The notes under the pieces were generated by a model, which worked only from the letters and a program-made list of their open reading frames with translations, had not been told where the DNA came from and did no database searches. Below are positions 1 through 13,955 of a DNA stretch of 64,000 nt, one piece after another. The translations under genes and the position numbers were made by a program. How positions within the stretch are numbered: position 1 is the stretch's first letter; each line of letters begins with the position of its first letter. The DNA is from Octopus vulgaris (lineage: Eukaryota), in the NCBI GenBank assembly GCA_951406725.2, contig OX597829.1:9734001-9798000 (forward strand), given 5' to 3'.

Positions 1-158
1 GGGAAAGGAAGAAATGGAAGGGCGAAGATGGATGCTGTGAAATCTCAGAGAAGTAAGTTCATAGCGAGATGGGCGAGGGAACTAACGATAAGATTTCGGA
101 TGTTTGCTCAACTTCAAGTAATGGCGGTAAAAGTAAAGATAAATTTGTTTTAAATAAT

Positions 159-332
159 AACAATGATGATCATGATCATGATGATGATGATGATCATCAT
201 CATCATCATCCATATCACCTTGACGATGATGATAATGATGATGAAGATGATAATGTTCATGGTGTTGATGATGATGATGATGATAGTCATAATAATAATA
301 ATAATAAAAGCAACAACAACAGTAGTAGCAGC
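159..332. repeat. Compound trinucleotide microsatellite (GAT/CAT/AAT/AAC/AGT)
   Basis: Directly visible tracts; they explain the poly-D/H/N ORFs in the track. Confidence 0.95.
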
Positions 333-427
333 AAAAAAAAATAAGAGTCAAAATGAATAGGTAAATAAAAAGGGATACAATCTCTCCCTGAGAATTTAAA
401 AGAAAAAGATTAGCGAAAGACAGAAAA

Positions 428-458
<31 letters not shown>

Positions 459-730
459 GTAAATAAAGGTGGTTGAAGAAAGACTGGGAGAAGTAGGAGG
501 AGGACTAAGGTGAAGTGGTGGTGGTGGTGGTGGTGTTGACATTAGAATGAGAACAAGCAGGAGAAGAAGAAGACGAAAGTTAGGAGAGATTCAAAGCGGA
601 GTTGTAAGCAGTCGATGTTATATGATTAAAGACGGGGGGGGGGCAAGGAGTGGGGGGGGGGCGTTAAATATGATGGGTTAAGAAAAAACAAGAAAAAGTC
701 GTGCATATACAAATACATATATATATATCA

Positions 731-772
<42 letters not shown>

Positions 773-1146
773 GTATTTATGTATGTACATATGATTGTTT
801 TTAAATTATTTATTTTAATTAAAATCTAATTAAAATGTTTGGAACAGAATCTTAGGAAACGTTTCTAAAAAAAATAACAATAAAAAAAACTTGAAATAAA
901 TCATAGTAATTGAAATTTACAAAAACAAATGCTAAAAAAATATTAAGAAAATCGCTGTTTTAGGTAACTTGGATAAAAAAATAGAATTTAAAGCCAAACA
1001 CTACAAAAAAAAAAAGAAAGTAAGAAACAAGGAAATCAATAATAGTATCATCGACAACAACAACAACAATCTCGAAAGTCATAACTGATTCGAGATGTTG
1101 ATAGGTTAAGGAAACTTGACAAAAATCGGGTACCCGTTGATTGGGT

Positions 1147-1167
1147 TTTGCGGTGGGGTTGAACCCA

Positions 1168-1198
<31 letters not shown>

Positions 1199-1355
1199 AA
1201 GGAACATGACGACGATGATAATGATGAGGAGGTGGAGGAAGAAGTGGACGATGGTAGAATTGTGGATGATGATGATGGTAGAGGTGGGTGTGGCGATGGT
1301 GATGATGATGATGGTTGTGGTGGTGGTGGTGGTGGTGGTGGTGGTAGTGGTGGTT
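1147..1355. repeat. Degenerate (GAT)n/(GGT)n microsatellite
   Basis: Visible tandem ATG/GTG triplets. Confidence 0.9.
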
Positions 1356-1779
1356 ATAGTAATCAGTAGAAACTGTTGCTGCATTTGTTTTGTTTGTTTG
1401 CTTCTGTTTTATTCTTTTTTAATTTTTTTATTTCCCCCTTGCAATTCCTGCAGCTGCGTTTGTAGTTATTGTTGCAGACACTGGTTTCGTTGTTGTTGTT
1501 GTTGTTGTTGACTCCAGAATAATTGATTCTTAATTATTTCTGCATTTCTTTTCCTATAACTTATTTTTTCTTTCTTTTCCTAAAAAAAAAAAACTAAATA
1601 TTTGTTCTTTGCATTTTATTTATTTATTATTAATTTTTTTTTTGCCACACCATTCTTGCATTAGTGCAGCAGTGGCTGTTATTGTAGGCATTACCGTTAT
1701 TGCTGCTGCTGCTGCTGCTGCTGCTGATAATATTTAGATTAACAAAATAGCATTTTGGTTTTTATCTTCGTTCATGCTT

Positions 1780-1854
<75 letters not shown>

Positions 1855-2307
1855 TGCTTTTGTGGCTTACCAGTAAGGTTTGTTATTGTCATGTTGTTCT
1901 TGTTTGTGTGGTCGTTATTTTTAATTATTTCTTATCCAATTGGCTACTAAATTCAATTTTAATTATTTTCTTACTGTCGTAATCCATCCAACTTTTTTCA
2001 AAACTTCTAATGAAATGCAAACAGACACACACACACACACAAACACAGATTTTATAAGCATGTTTGTAATTATTTATTTATTTATTTATCTATCTATCTG
2101 TATTTCTCAATCTATATACACACGCACATATATATATATATATACAACCGTGTCTTTAATGCTGTTTCTGTTCAATGGTTTTGTTTATGTTTTTTTTTCT
2201 ATTGCATATATAACTTGTGTTTTAGTAATTATTGGTAATTGTCATAATTAAAGCAATGCTCTTGTTGCTTCCGTAACAACAACATTAGGGAGAAATATCT
2301 TAGATTG

Positions 2308-2500
2308 TCGGCAAAAATGCCTTGAGACATTTCGTGAGAGATCTTCAGTTATATCTAGCATTCGATCCCTTCCTCGGCCAGGTTTGCCTTTCAGCCTTTT
2401 CAAGATGATAAAATAATGTACCAGTGAGACATTGGGATTGATTTAATCGACTAAAACTTACTCCGAGATTTCTAGCGCTGTGCCTAGTTGTAAAGACGTT
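2308..2500 (+). mobile_element. SINE family A, decayed copy
   Basis: Matches the well-preserved copy at 52036: tttgcctttcagcctttt..gataaaataatgtaccag..gatttaatcgact. Confidence 0.75.
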
Positions 2501-2505
2501 TATAT

Positions 2506-2671
2506 TCCTATAGACACATAAGCCCTGAAATCCTTGCTCAACTGGTACTTATTTTATCGATGCTGAAAGGCAAAAGACAAAGTGGCACCTCGGCGGAATT
2601 TGAACACAGAACGAGGCAATGCAGCCAAGCATTTTGTCCGGCGCTCTGACGCTTCTGCCAGCTCACCGACC
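2506..2671 (-). mobile_element. SINE family A, inverted and tail-to-tail with the previous copy
   Basis: ctggtacttattttatcga...cctcggcggaatttgaac...ctgccagctcaccg is the reverse complement of the family A head and core. Confidence 0.85.
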
Positions 2672-3348
2672 AACCGAGGCTCTTAATTCTGACAATATAA
2701 CAATATTCGTAATGCTATCGTGGTTATTGTTGTTGTTGTTGTTGTTGTTGTTTAAGAGGACGTTGTCTTTGTCGTGTTTGTTGTGGAAGCGGTTGATTGT
2801 GGTTTTTTCAAACATTGCCGAAAACTGCGCTCTTATCGTTCCCCTTATTGTTCTTTTATGTTTCTAATGGTGGTGGTGGTGGTGGTGACGTCGGCGGTGG
2901 AGAAATTCATGTTTATGTAGTATTGTTGTCATCGTCGTCATCGTCCTCGCCGTCATCGTCCTCGCTGTCATCGTCCTCGTTAACTCCAGTGATTCCTCAC
3001 CCCACCCCCGTCTTTGGAAAGATATCTAGGATGAATTTCTATTGTCGATTTTCTATTTTAAGATCATAATGTCTGATTTGAGTAAGATCTGGCTGTCATT
3101 TCTAGTGGTTGTGGTAGTGGCGGTGGCTGTTGTTGTTGTTGTTGTTGTGGTGGTGGTGGTGGTGGTGGTGGTTGTATCTTCAATTTCGTTTATTGTCATT
3201 GTGAAGACCCTTCATGTGATTGGTGATAGTCAGTTGTCATTGTTCATAGTTGTCCGTGGCTGACAGCAGCTGGGGGTAAGCTTGGAGCCAAAGATGGGGC
3301 TGCTTAGGTAGGTCGTTCGACCAGCATTTACATATATCATCCTCAAAT

Positions 3349-3429
<81 letters not shown>

Positions 3430-3750
3430 ACACATATATATATACACATATATATACACACAAAAGACGTTAGATAACGGTAGTCCTACGTATATTCGCT
3501 AAAAAAAGAATACTGGATGGTCACAGCTGGAATTCCTATGATCCTACGTATGCTGCGGTTGGTGGGTAGTTGAGTAGTTAGGACGGCGGCATCTTAACAA
3601 CAATAACAACAACCGCTGCTACCATCAACTTCATCATCGTAGTCGTCGTCGTCATCATTATCATCATCAGTGTCATCACCATCCCAACAAACACCATTGT
3701 CTTCAGATACAACACTGACAAGAAGCGGCAGCAGAAGCGGCAGCAGAAGC

Positions 3751-3818
<68 letters not shown>

Positions 3819-3977
3819 AAGCATCAGCCGTTGCGGCTGTTACGATGGATAGCGGGGTAAAAGTGCCACTAACATAACATTAAGTATGTCCTGCTTCTGA
3901 AGAATGAAATTTGATTGTCATCGTCCATTTGTCACCGCTTCCAATTGTCTGTCTGCTTACAAACACATTCATGCACG

Positions 3978-5200
3978 TATACACACATACACACATACAC
4001 ACATACACACATACATACATACATACATACACACATACACACATACACACATACACACATACATACATACATACATACACACATACATACATACACACAC
4101 ATACATACATACACACATACACACATACACACATACATACATACATACATACATACATACACACATACATACATACACACATACACACATACATACACAC
4201 ATACATACATACATACATACATACACACATACATACATACACACATACATACATACATACACACATACACACATACATACATACATACATACATACATAC
4301 ATACATACATACATACATACATACATACATACATACACACACATACACACATACATACATACACACATACATACATACATACATACACACATACATACAT
4401 ACATACATACATACATACATACATACACACATACACACATACATACATACATACATACATACATACACACATACACACGTACATACATACATACATACAC
4501 ACATACACACATACATACATACATACATACATACATTCATACACACATACACACGTACATACATACATACACACATACACACATACATACATACATACAT
4601 TCATACACACATACACATATACATACATACTTACATTCATACACACATACACACGTACATACATACATACATACATACATACATACATACATACATACAT
4701 ACATACATACATACATACATACATACATACATACATACAGGTGGTGCTATTAAGTTAGACATGGCCTGGACCAATCTTTGGTCGAAACATATCTAAGTTT
4801 TATCTAAGTTTTACATACATAAATATATACATACATACATACATACATACGCACATACATACATACATACATACATGCATAGAAACAAACATACATACAT
4901 ACATACATACATACAAATATGCATACATACATGCATACATACATACATACATACAAATATGCATACATACACACGTACATACATACATACATACATAAAT
5001 ACATACATGCATACATACATACATACATACATACATGCATACAAACATACATACATACATACATACATACATACATACATACATACATAAATACATACAT
5101 GCATACATACATACATACATACATACATACATACATACATACATACATACATACATACATACATGCATACAAACATACATACGTACATACATGTATGCGT
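3978..5200. repeat. Two long (ACAT)n/(AC)n compound arrays separated by a ~70 bp island
   Basis: Visible tetranucleotide arrays; source of the YIHT/MYVC ORFs. Confidence 0.97.
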
Positions 5201-5637
5201 AGATATACATTCATGTTATATATGTGTGTATATATATATATATATACGTGCACAAATGTTTGTATACCTTTATATATTTATAGATTTTTCTGTCTTATAT
5301 GTATATATATATATATACACTAACACACATACCCGGACACGCAGACACACTCACACACACTCATACATAACTGTGAAATCTGCCTTTCTCATCATCTTCA
5401 CGATCCACTCCCACGCGCGCGCGGTTTCTTGACTCCTTTCTAACCCCATTCTTTCTTCTTCATGCCTCTTCTTTCTCCTACTCGTCTCCTCTCCATCACC
5501 ATCTTCTCCTTGTCTCCCTCCTTCATCATAATTGCATGCGATGAACATCCTACGGTTTCTTTTCTACACTTTCATCACCAACATCATCAGCATCAACAGT
5601 GACAGCAACATTTCCGTCACCACCCTGGGGGGGGGGG

Positions 5638-5820
5638 GAGTCTCTAAGTGGTTGCTTCAAACTGCTAGACATAATGGCTAATTCTCCCCTAAATTACCTA
5701 TGCTGTTTTTGAGTGATGAAAGGATACATTAAAGAACGCAGTTCCGAACATACACATACGAGGTGGTCAAGGGTGGAACGCTTGATCTGTTGCTGATCTC
5801 GGGGGCTATGCGACAACAGT
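5638..5820 (+). mobile_element. Interspersed repeat family D (SINE-like, unclassified), decayed
   Basis: Shares ctgctag..a.tagc..c.aa.tct...ggtca.ggctggaa...ggggcta..caaca blocks with copies at 23750, 26938 and 57655. Confidence 0.6.
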
Positions 5821-5846
5821 AATATTTATTACTAAATTGCTGATTT

Positions 5847-6035
5847 AAGGCGGCGAGCTGACTGAACCGTTAGCATGCCGAGCAACATTCTGAGTTCAAA
5901 TCCCGCCGAGGTTGACTTTGCATTTTAACTATTCGGATTCGATAAAATAAAATAAGTACCAGTTGCGTACTGCTGGGGGTGGGGGATGGATGTAATCGAC
6001 CTACGTCCTTCCTCGAAATGTACTGGCATTGTGCT
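5847..6035 (+). mobile_element. SINE family A
   Basis: Head aaggcggcgagctg (A-box-like), gagttcaaatcccgcc (B-box), core gataaaataa..aagtaccagttgcgtactg. Confidence 0.9.
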
Positions 6036-7324
6036 GACACTAGTAGTCACTAACGGAAACAGCCACTATCACAATTTTCACAAAATTTTAGTCCCGCCCC
6101 TCTTCACAAACAACAATAACAAAACACTGAATACACCTCTATGTAGTCACTAGCCGTCTTCGAGTAGCAGCGATATACCCGTCATAATTCATCCTTGTAC
6201 TTTCTTGAACTAGAAAGAAAAACACACATGGCAATATAGCCAATGAGAGTACGGTGATATTCAGAAAGCATTTGACCGAAGATCCGATGGATCAGGTGTG
6301 ACTTACGTCTAAACAACAACAGTTGACATTAAGAAAACCTGGCTTTCTATTTTATATGAATTTCATAACAACTTACAACATTTCCCAGCTAGCAATAAAT
6401 TTCCAAGTCTTGATGTCTAATTATGAAACCAATTTCCCCAAACTCCGACATTACATAGGCGTGGATATTGGCGTGTAAAGTTCGCATCGCAAGCGCCTAG
6501 ATTCATGTTCTGTCTCAACAGCAAATTAAGCAAGTGTCTTCTAATCTCTGTTTGATATCTTCTGAGTGGAATATCGTAAACGAAAACTACGCAGAGACCT
6601 GACACGCTTACGTATATATGTGGTTACATGCGTCAAAGCGGATATATGTGTGTGTATATACATGATTTATATATATATATATATATACAAACACACACTA
6701 TATGCACACACACACATACTCACACACACACACATACACATACACAAATATACATTATACACACGCATGCCTACTTGTATATGATATATATGCATGTAAT
6801 ATATGTTGTAATATATGTACGTGTGCGCATGGATGTGTGAATGCTCACGGTCATTGGCTGCAGTTCTCTTCTTTATTTATTATTGATTGTAAATACAACC
6901 CGTGCTTATGTTTTCATTGGAGGAGTGAACCACTCAAAGCACAACAATATCTATTTCAACACACGTTTCGCATCAACGAAAGTGCGAAACAGATATTACA
7001 TGCAAATTTTCTGTGTGCTTGTGTAAGCTTATACGTCAGTGCGTGCATGTGTCTGTGTGTGTGTACCATTCTTACTATTTTTAAACATAACGGACCAGTG
7101 GCTTGATCTCCGGAATTCTCTAACCGACAAGCCTTAACAAAAATAGAGATAAATCTATAAATTTAATGAAAATATTTTTGCAAATTCACGTCATTTTTGC
7201 GTTATTCAAACATTATATATTTTTCGTGTATACCCTTGGTCAGTCCTGACCGAAGTGAACGATGATCAAACGTGTTTCATTCTGATGTATATTTGTACTT
7301 TTGAAGCATCCCTTTTGTTATAAC

Positions 7325-7647
7325 GCGTGGCTAAGGGGTTAGCATATTAGGCTTATGATGATCGAAAAGTTGTAAGTTCGATTCCCGGCATCGCGTTGTG
7401 TCCTTGAGCGAGACACTTTATTTCACGTTGCTCCAGTCCACTCAGCCGATAAAAATGTGTTGTAGCTATGTCACAAAGGGGCCAGCTTTGTCACATTCTG
7501 TGTCACGCCGAAACTCCCCAAGAACTATGCTTGGAGTACTCTTGGCTGTGGAATGCTCAGCCACTTCCATATTAATTTCATGAGCAGGCTGTTTCGTTGA
7601 TCAGATCCATTGGAACCCTCGTCGTTGTAACCAACGGAGAACCAGTT
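7325..7647 (+). mobile_element. tRNA-derived SINE family C (CORE-like central domain)
   Basis: A box gtggctaagggg, B box gttcgattccc, then gtgtccttgagcgagacactt (CORE-SINE-like); possible TSD ttataac on both sides. Confidence 0.75.
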
Positions 7648-7765
7648 TTATAACTCTAGGGAATGATATGAAGGTAATTTGGTTGCTATCTCTTACAGTT
7701 TGCGCAACCCCATAGAGGCTTTGCGAACTTGTAAGTGGAACTTTAGAGTGTGTGTGTGTGTGTGT

Positions 7766-8165
7766 ATTCTTTTACTTGTTTCAGTCATTTGACTGCGGCC
7801 ATGCTGGAGCACGGCCCTTAGTCGAGTAAATCGACCCTAGGACTTATACTTTGTAAGCCCAGTACCTATTCTGTCAGTCTCTTTTGCCGAACCGCTAAGT
7901 TACGAAGACGTAAGCACACAGACAAGTTACGGAGATGTAAACACGGACAAGCACAGACACACAAACATATACACACACATACATATATATATATATACAT
8001 ATATACGACGAGCTTCTTTCAGTTTCTGTCTATCAAATCCACTCACAAGGCTTTGGTCGGCCCGAGGCTATAGTAGAAGACACTTGCTCAAGGAGCAACG
8101 CAATGAGACTGAACCCGGAACCAGGTGGTTGGTAAGCGAGCTAGTTACCACACAGCCATTTCTGC
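7766..8165 (-). mobile_element. tRNA-derived SINE family B, near full length, with internal microsatellite
   Basis: Reverse complement reads ggctgtgtggtaa..ccgggttcagtc..ttgagcaagtgtcttctactatagcc..(TA/TG)n..cggttcggcaaaagagac..ccagcatggccgcagtcaaatgactgaaacaagtaaagaata; resembles octopus OR-type CORE SINEs (recalled, not searched). Confidence 0.9.
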
Positions 8166-8771
8166 ATGCCTGTGTTTGTGGCTGTATGTTTGATCAAACT
8201 TAACATTCTGTTGATGAATAGACCACAGTGTACTCACTAGAATACATAGAAAATTTCATTAATTGAAACTGGATTTCTGCCTCGCGATTCGAGTTAATGA
8301 AACAACGATCGTTCGTTCCATTTGTAGATTTTGAAATATTCTATAAATGATTTAAGTAGGTGCCTTTTTCTTTCCTACAAAAAAATATAGTATTTTACCG
8401 TTTAATATTTTCTCTTGTTTTTCTTTTCGTTGTTTTAAGCTGTGGGTAGCAAATTTAACAGAGGCCTATTCAAAATCTGTCTGTTATCATTTTAAGTCCA
8501 AACTCCAAATCTTAATAGCTTGATTTTACCTATTATCGTTCTTGGGTCAATAGACTAAATACCAGCTGAATGCTAAGGTCCATTTTATGAGTACTTACCC
8601 AATTTTTTCAAAACACTGGCTTCGTATCAACTTAAGAAATTTTAATTCCCAAAAATGGTCACTTTGCTTTCTGTATTACCAACAATTTCAGAACACAAAC
8701 GAGCAAAGTAAACAAGCCACCAGACGAAAATGTGTTGTAGCTGTGTCACAAAGGGGCATTCTCCGATTGTC

Positions 8772-8858
<87 letters not shown>

Positions 8859-9097
8859 ACTCACACATGGGGTTTCACATTTTCATCAATAAATCCAGTT
8901 TCTAAGCCACAGTTTTGCAACCGAATGCTTGTCCTTGAGTATTTTGTGATCATGAGTGTTGAAACTGTATTTGTGTATCATTCTGTATGTATGTGTTTCT
9001 GATCCTTAATCTCTCTTTCCAACTCCACAGGACGAAAAAAATACAAAAGATACAAACACGATTCTTACCAGAGCTTCTTTAAATTAATCCCGGCTTA

Positions 9098-9169
9098 ATG
9101 AAATTTGACAATTTGCCGCTTTCGGCAAGCATTTTGACGAAAAGAATGTCTATCAAATTTGAAGACAAG
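9098..9169 (+). CDS. Candidate first coding portion of exon 9031-9169 (MKFDNLPLSASILTKRMSIKFEDK), unknown protein
   Basis: Acceptor ctctctttccaactccacag|G before 9031 and consensus donor AAG|GTAAGT at 9169/9170. All three frames have stops upstream of ATG 9098; ATGs 9098 and 9146 are in frame and end in phase 0. No homology recognised. Confidence 0.4.
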
Positions 9170-9811
9170 GTAAGTGTGTGTCACAAATTTATTTCCTGAA
9201 CCTTTATCATCTTATAAATGACCAGGCGATGCTTGTAACCTCTTACGAGCTCTTAGCAGCTCATATTAGATATAAACTTCAAACGACTGACCAAATACAC
9301 AGTAGGATGTTCACCGCGCTACTTCACATATATATCTGACCTCTAATGAGAGAGGGGGAGAGAAAGAAAAAAGGAGGAGAAGAAAAAGAGAGAGAGAAAG
9401 AAATAGAGAGATTGTATGAATGAGATATGGCGTGTATGGGGTGGGGGATAAGAGTGGGAGTTGCCAGTTACCTCTTCGAAGCTGGTGAGAAACGCAGGTT
9501 ATAGAGACCTAAGGCCTCCGTTATTGACTCACTGAGATGTTTCAGCTTTGATACCTAATTAGACAGGATTTACCAATAATTTCTCGCAATAAGTGTCACA
9601 GAACTGTTAGAGTTTGAAGATATAAATCACCGATTCATCAAGATGTGTCGTTACAGTATTCAGTTAGCCTCATTAATTAACATCTAAATCAGCTAGAACA
9701 AATAAGTTATCTTTAAGAAAACTTGTACAGAATAATAATATCATATCATTTGTAGTTGATACCAACGGATATCCAGAAATCAATATCTGAAATTTGCAAA
9801 AAGAAGCAGAT

Positions 9812-10140
<329 letters not shown>

Positions 10141-10601
10141 CTGTTTATATATAAATCAATCAATGAATCTACCTATATGTGCGTGTGTTTGTGCATATAT
10201 ATATATTTATTCAACTATCTCTCTGTCTATATATGTATTTACAAATCTAAACACACACACACGCATATACACACACGTATATATACACACGCATACCCAC
10301 ACGCGCATATACACACACGCATATACACACACGCATATACACACGCATACATACCTATATACAAACATAAACGGTGTTATTTTAACGAAATGTTTGACTA
10401 ACACAGAACATTTACTCACGTATGAATTCATTACTAAGAGTAAAGTTAAGCTAATATTATAATTCACTTTACCTCAGACTTCAACTTTCACCTGTTGGCT
10501 TATTCAGCCTTTTGTATGCCAAAGTTTAAGACAGGCTTCTTGATATCCTTCACGCGCGCGCACACACACACACATACACATGCATACATCGCTAGCCACT
10601 A

Positions 10602-10738
10602 GACACATTTTTCTTTTCTCCTTGTTTCTTCCTGTGAGCCTTTCTGTGAAAGAGCGTAGGCTCGAAACGTTAAAGACTTTTTCAATTCCGTTTCTACACC
10701 AACTGTCTTCCTCTTTTGTTTTTATTTTCGTGAATTCT

Positions 10739-10742
<4 letters not shown>
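10602..10742 (+). mobile_element. Short non-autonomous PLE-like element with variant hammerhead motif (family H), ending in (TA)n
   Basis: cttt-CTGTGAA-A-GAGC-GTAG-GCTC-GAAA-CG-TT-aaag at 10640-10675; 3' part homologous to the 15010 and 61507 copies. Confidence 0.7.
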
Positions 10743-10769
<27 letters not shown>

Positions 10770-10930
10770 ACGGTAAGCTTTATGAAAATAGATAAAAGAC
10801 GAAGGCAGGTTTACGGAAATAAACAAAAGACGAAGGCAGGTGGAATACAGACAAACAATTGTATTAGTATGGCGCTCAGGAAATATAAATGAAACAAGTC
10901 TTTAACGTTTCGAGCCTACGCTCTTCAACA
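10770..10930 (-). mobile_element. Family H element, inverted and 5'-truncated within the hammerhead core
   Basis: Reverse complement: TGTTGA-A-GAGC-GTAG-GCTC-GAAA-CG-TT-aaag..cctgagcgccatactaatac..ccacctgccttcgtcttttg; abuts the same (TA)n as the + copy. Confidence 0.7.
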
Positions 10931-11581
10931 ATATATATAGTATTCCAATGTAGATCGGCGTAATTAACAAAATACTGCTCAAAGCGTGATTTCCAAAATG
11001 TCAGCATCACTTTTGAGTCTCTTATAGTCAGCAGTGTATGTAGTAAGCAAACATTGAGCTATCGACTGGTGTTCACAGTCAACGAGACCGGGTTTGTGTG
11101 TGTAATATATACGCATAGGAAGCGTAAAACAATTCGAGAACAGAAAATAAAAGTGAAAAATAATTTAATAATTTATTAAAGTTAACTGAGAGCTAAAACC
11201 TCACAAGTTACTTACTTTAAACTTTAGCTTTTCGTGAAATAACACGCAGATACATACACACACACGTACACGCAAACGCAATGCACAAACAATCACATAT
11301 ATGCGCGTGCGCACGCGTACAGACGCATACACATATACGCTGTTTAAGTGTTTGCACTATGATTTATTAAGCTAGTTTCAGCGAAGTAAAGGCATTTATG
11401 TGTGTGTGTGTGTGTTTGTGCGTGTCTGTGTGTATTTGTGTGTGTATGTATGTAATTATGTATGTATGTATGTACATCAGAAAACATTGATCATGACTAC
11501 AGTTCTGAAATTCAATATCAAACAATCCACCCTTATATATCATTCATGAATCAAATTTATACAAATATACAGAGATATATT

Positions 11582-11668
<87 letters not shown>

Positions 11669-11697
11669 ACACTCACACACGCACACACACACACACC

Positions 11698-11728
<31 letters not shown>

Positions 11729-11910
11729 GTAATATAGACATGTAAGTTATTTATTATTTATTATAGAATAAAATGAAATAAAATAAGTTATTTATTCATG
11801 TTTATTAAGCTTCGAAACAATTGTTGCTAAATAAGTACATCTAATGGTAAAATAAATTATATGATAGTTTATTTCTCTCATTATTCATAATTTTGCCCAC
11901 ACACACATAT

Positions 11911-11951
<41 letters not shown>

Positions 11952-12000
11952 TCTCACACACACACACATGTATATATACATAAACACACACACACACATT

Positions 12001-12917
12001 AGTAATCGTGTACCAGTTTTCCCTCAGTTAGGTATTCAAAATACGTTACTCAACAGTTAACATATAAATCCAGTAACGTTCCTATACGATAAAAAAAAAA
12101 TAGAGGATTATTCCTTTGGATAATTCTGAATATATTTCCTTAACCATACCGGTTTCCTGGAGTATGAATATAGACCATATTAAAAATAAGGATTACTCCG
12201 AAACAGCACTACCATTACCTTTAATTCTATAATTATATACCACCTTTTAAAACAGACACATGTTTCAATTGCACCGATTAGGAATCGTTGCAATTGCAGC
12301 TATACTATAAAAATGTTTATTTTAGGGTTTTAACTTGATATCACTTGGCATTGCCATTTAATAATTTTCTTTTATAAACTCTGCGTTGTTTAACTCAGAG
12401 CTGTCCGTTGTCAGACGCGAACAATCTCTGTTTCAAGTTCTTGTTGGATAATTATTTTCAGTCCATAATTTCAAAACCTTATATAGTTTAAATAATAATT
12501 ACTTATTTATGATTGGCAAATGTGAATTTCCTCATGTGCAAGCATCTCAATTCTTGCTCCGTCTAGCATTTATTACATTACCTTTAGATGTGAAAATTCT
12601 GTAAAATTCTTCTAAACATAACTCACACCTGGTCTGTATGGTTTTGTAGTACAAATTAATTCCCATTTAATCGTATAGACCTTGTTACTGTTCTTGAAGG
12701 ACCAGATTAATTTTCTAAAACTCGTTTGGAACCTTTTATGTTTGTCTTAAAATTAACTCGAATAATTTGCCAGTTTTTGAAAATTAATGATGTCCTACCG
12801 ATGTAAAAGAATTGCTTACCTTCAGATGTAACTATACATCTATATGTTACATTTTTCGCTTTACACGTATTTCCTACATAACAGGATTCCCGTTCAGAAT
12901 AATTGCAAGGATAGCCT
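12001..12917 (-). mobile_element. 5'-truncated Penelope-like retroelement: disrupted GIY-YIG endonuclease (12503-12916) plus putative 3' terminal region
   Basis: Manual translation: PCNYSERESCYVGNTCKAKNVTYRCIVTSEGKQFFYIGRTSLIFK / TSFRKLIWSFKNSNKVYTIKWELICTTKPYRP / CELCLEEFYRIF..VINAR / EQELRCLHMRKFTF*. Cys-rich linker, VxY..YIG (12797-12805), CxxC and N-x-R..C-x-H motifs of PLE endonucleases; frameshifted; bounded by (TA)n/(CA)n. Confidence 0.85.
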
Positions 12918-13787
12918 TATATATATATATATATACTGAGGTGATAGTTATATGCTATTAGCACTTCATAGTGGATCGTGGCTAGCGTAGTATTCCAAAG
13001 TCAGTAGGGGATCAGTGCGACTTAGAGTAATACTAAAGAGGCTACTACACAACTCCTTGGCCAGATTCAATAGTCTTAATATAATGTGCTGCAATCATAT
13101 ATAACTGTTAACCTGTCCAAACAGTTTTCCGTTAGTCTTTTAGACAAAATAGTCTGTTATGCTTTGGACGAATGCTCTCTCTCTCTCTCTCTGTCGTCGC
13201 TGTTGTTGCTGCTGTTACTATTGTTGATGTTGTTGCTGCTATTTAGTACTATCTCATTCCTCGATCGAGTTATACTCGTAGTGAATAATTTCTCAACAGT
13301 AGCCAATGTGTCATTATATAAGACGACAGGAAATGATTCGATGTAAATTTAGTTTTGTTGCTATTTCTAACAGGTCGAGTAAGCAGGTAGACGCCTTTTT
13401 GTTCGGTTCGTGGGTGGTTGTAGTTGATATGCTTTCTTGGTATTTTCACTGATGTATTTTAGTGCCGGTATGGTGTGCTATACGACAACAAATACGGAAG
13501 AATGACATGAACTGTCGCTCGTACACATTCACACTCATACACACATACATAGACAAGCACACACGCTCACATACTCACCCATATATATATATACATATGT
13601 ATGCATATATGCATATATGCATACATACACGCACACTTGTATATGTATATATATATATATATGTATATATATATGCATACACACACACACACATATATAT
13701 ATATAAATGCATATGTATATATACATACACACACATATATAATCACTTCTCGGCCTTTTGGCTAAGATCAAAGTATAGTATAGTATA

Positions 13788-13789
<2 letters not shown>

Positions 13790-13837
<48 letters not shown>

Positions 13838-13955
13838 TATATATACATACATGCATACATACATACATACATACATACATACATACATACATACATACAT
13901 ACATACATACATACATACATACATACATACATACATACATACATACATACATACA
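13790..13955. repeat. (TA)n + (ACAT)n microsatellite
   Basis: Directly visible. Confidence 0.95.

Noticed and set aside
634-662. G-runs (potential G-quadruplex)
   Set aside because: Simple homopolymer tracts in a slippage-prone genome; no functional context.
4740-4812. Unique island between (ACAT)n arrays, similar to 16000-16060; considered as a mariner TIR or CRISPR-like spacer
   Set aside because: Better explained as a diverged SINE B-like 3' tail (aggtggtgc..catgg..gaaac); there is no repeat-spacer array in the window.
3880-5323. Long ORFs of 200-330 aa (YIHT/MYVC, poly-I/Y, poly-S/L) here and at 20811-21919, 35059-35974 and 45684-46151
   Set aside because: They are translations of stop-free microsatellites, open in many frames at once.
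6965-6990. gtttcgca/tgcgaaac 8 bp hairpin
   Set aside because: No CUGANGA box; a hairpin this short is expected by chance.
12503-12916. Selenocysteine (UGA) recoding, as reported for some PLE clades
   Set aside because: No in-frame TGA was seen at the conserved Cys positions in this fragment.
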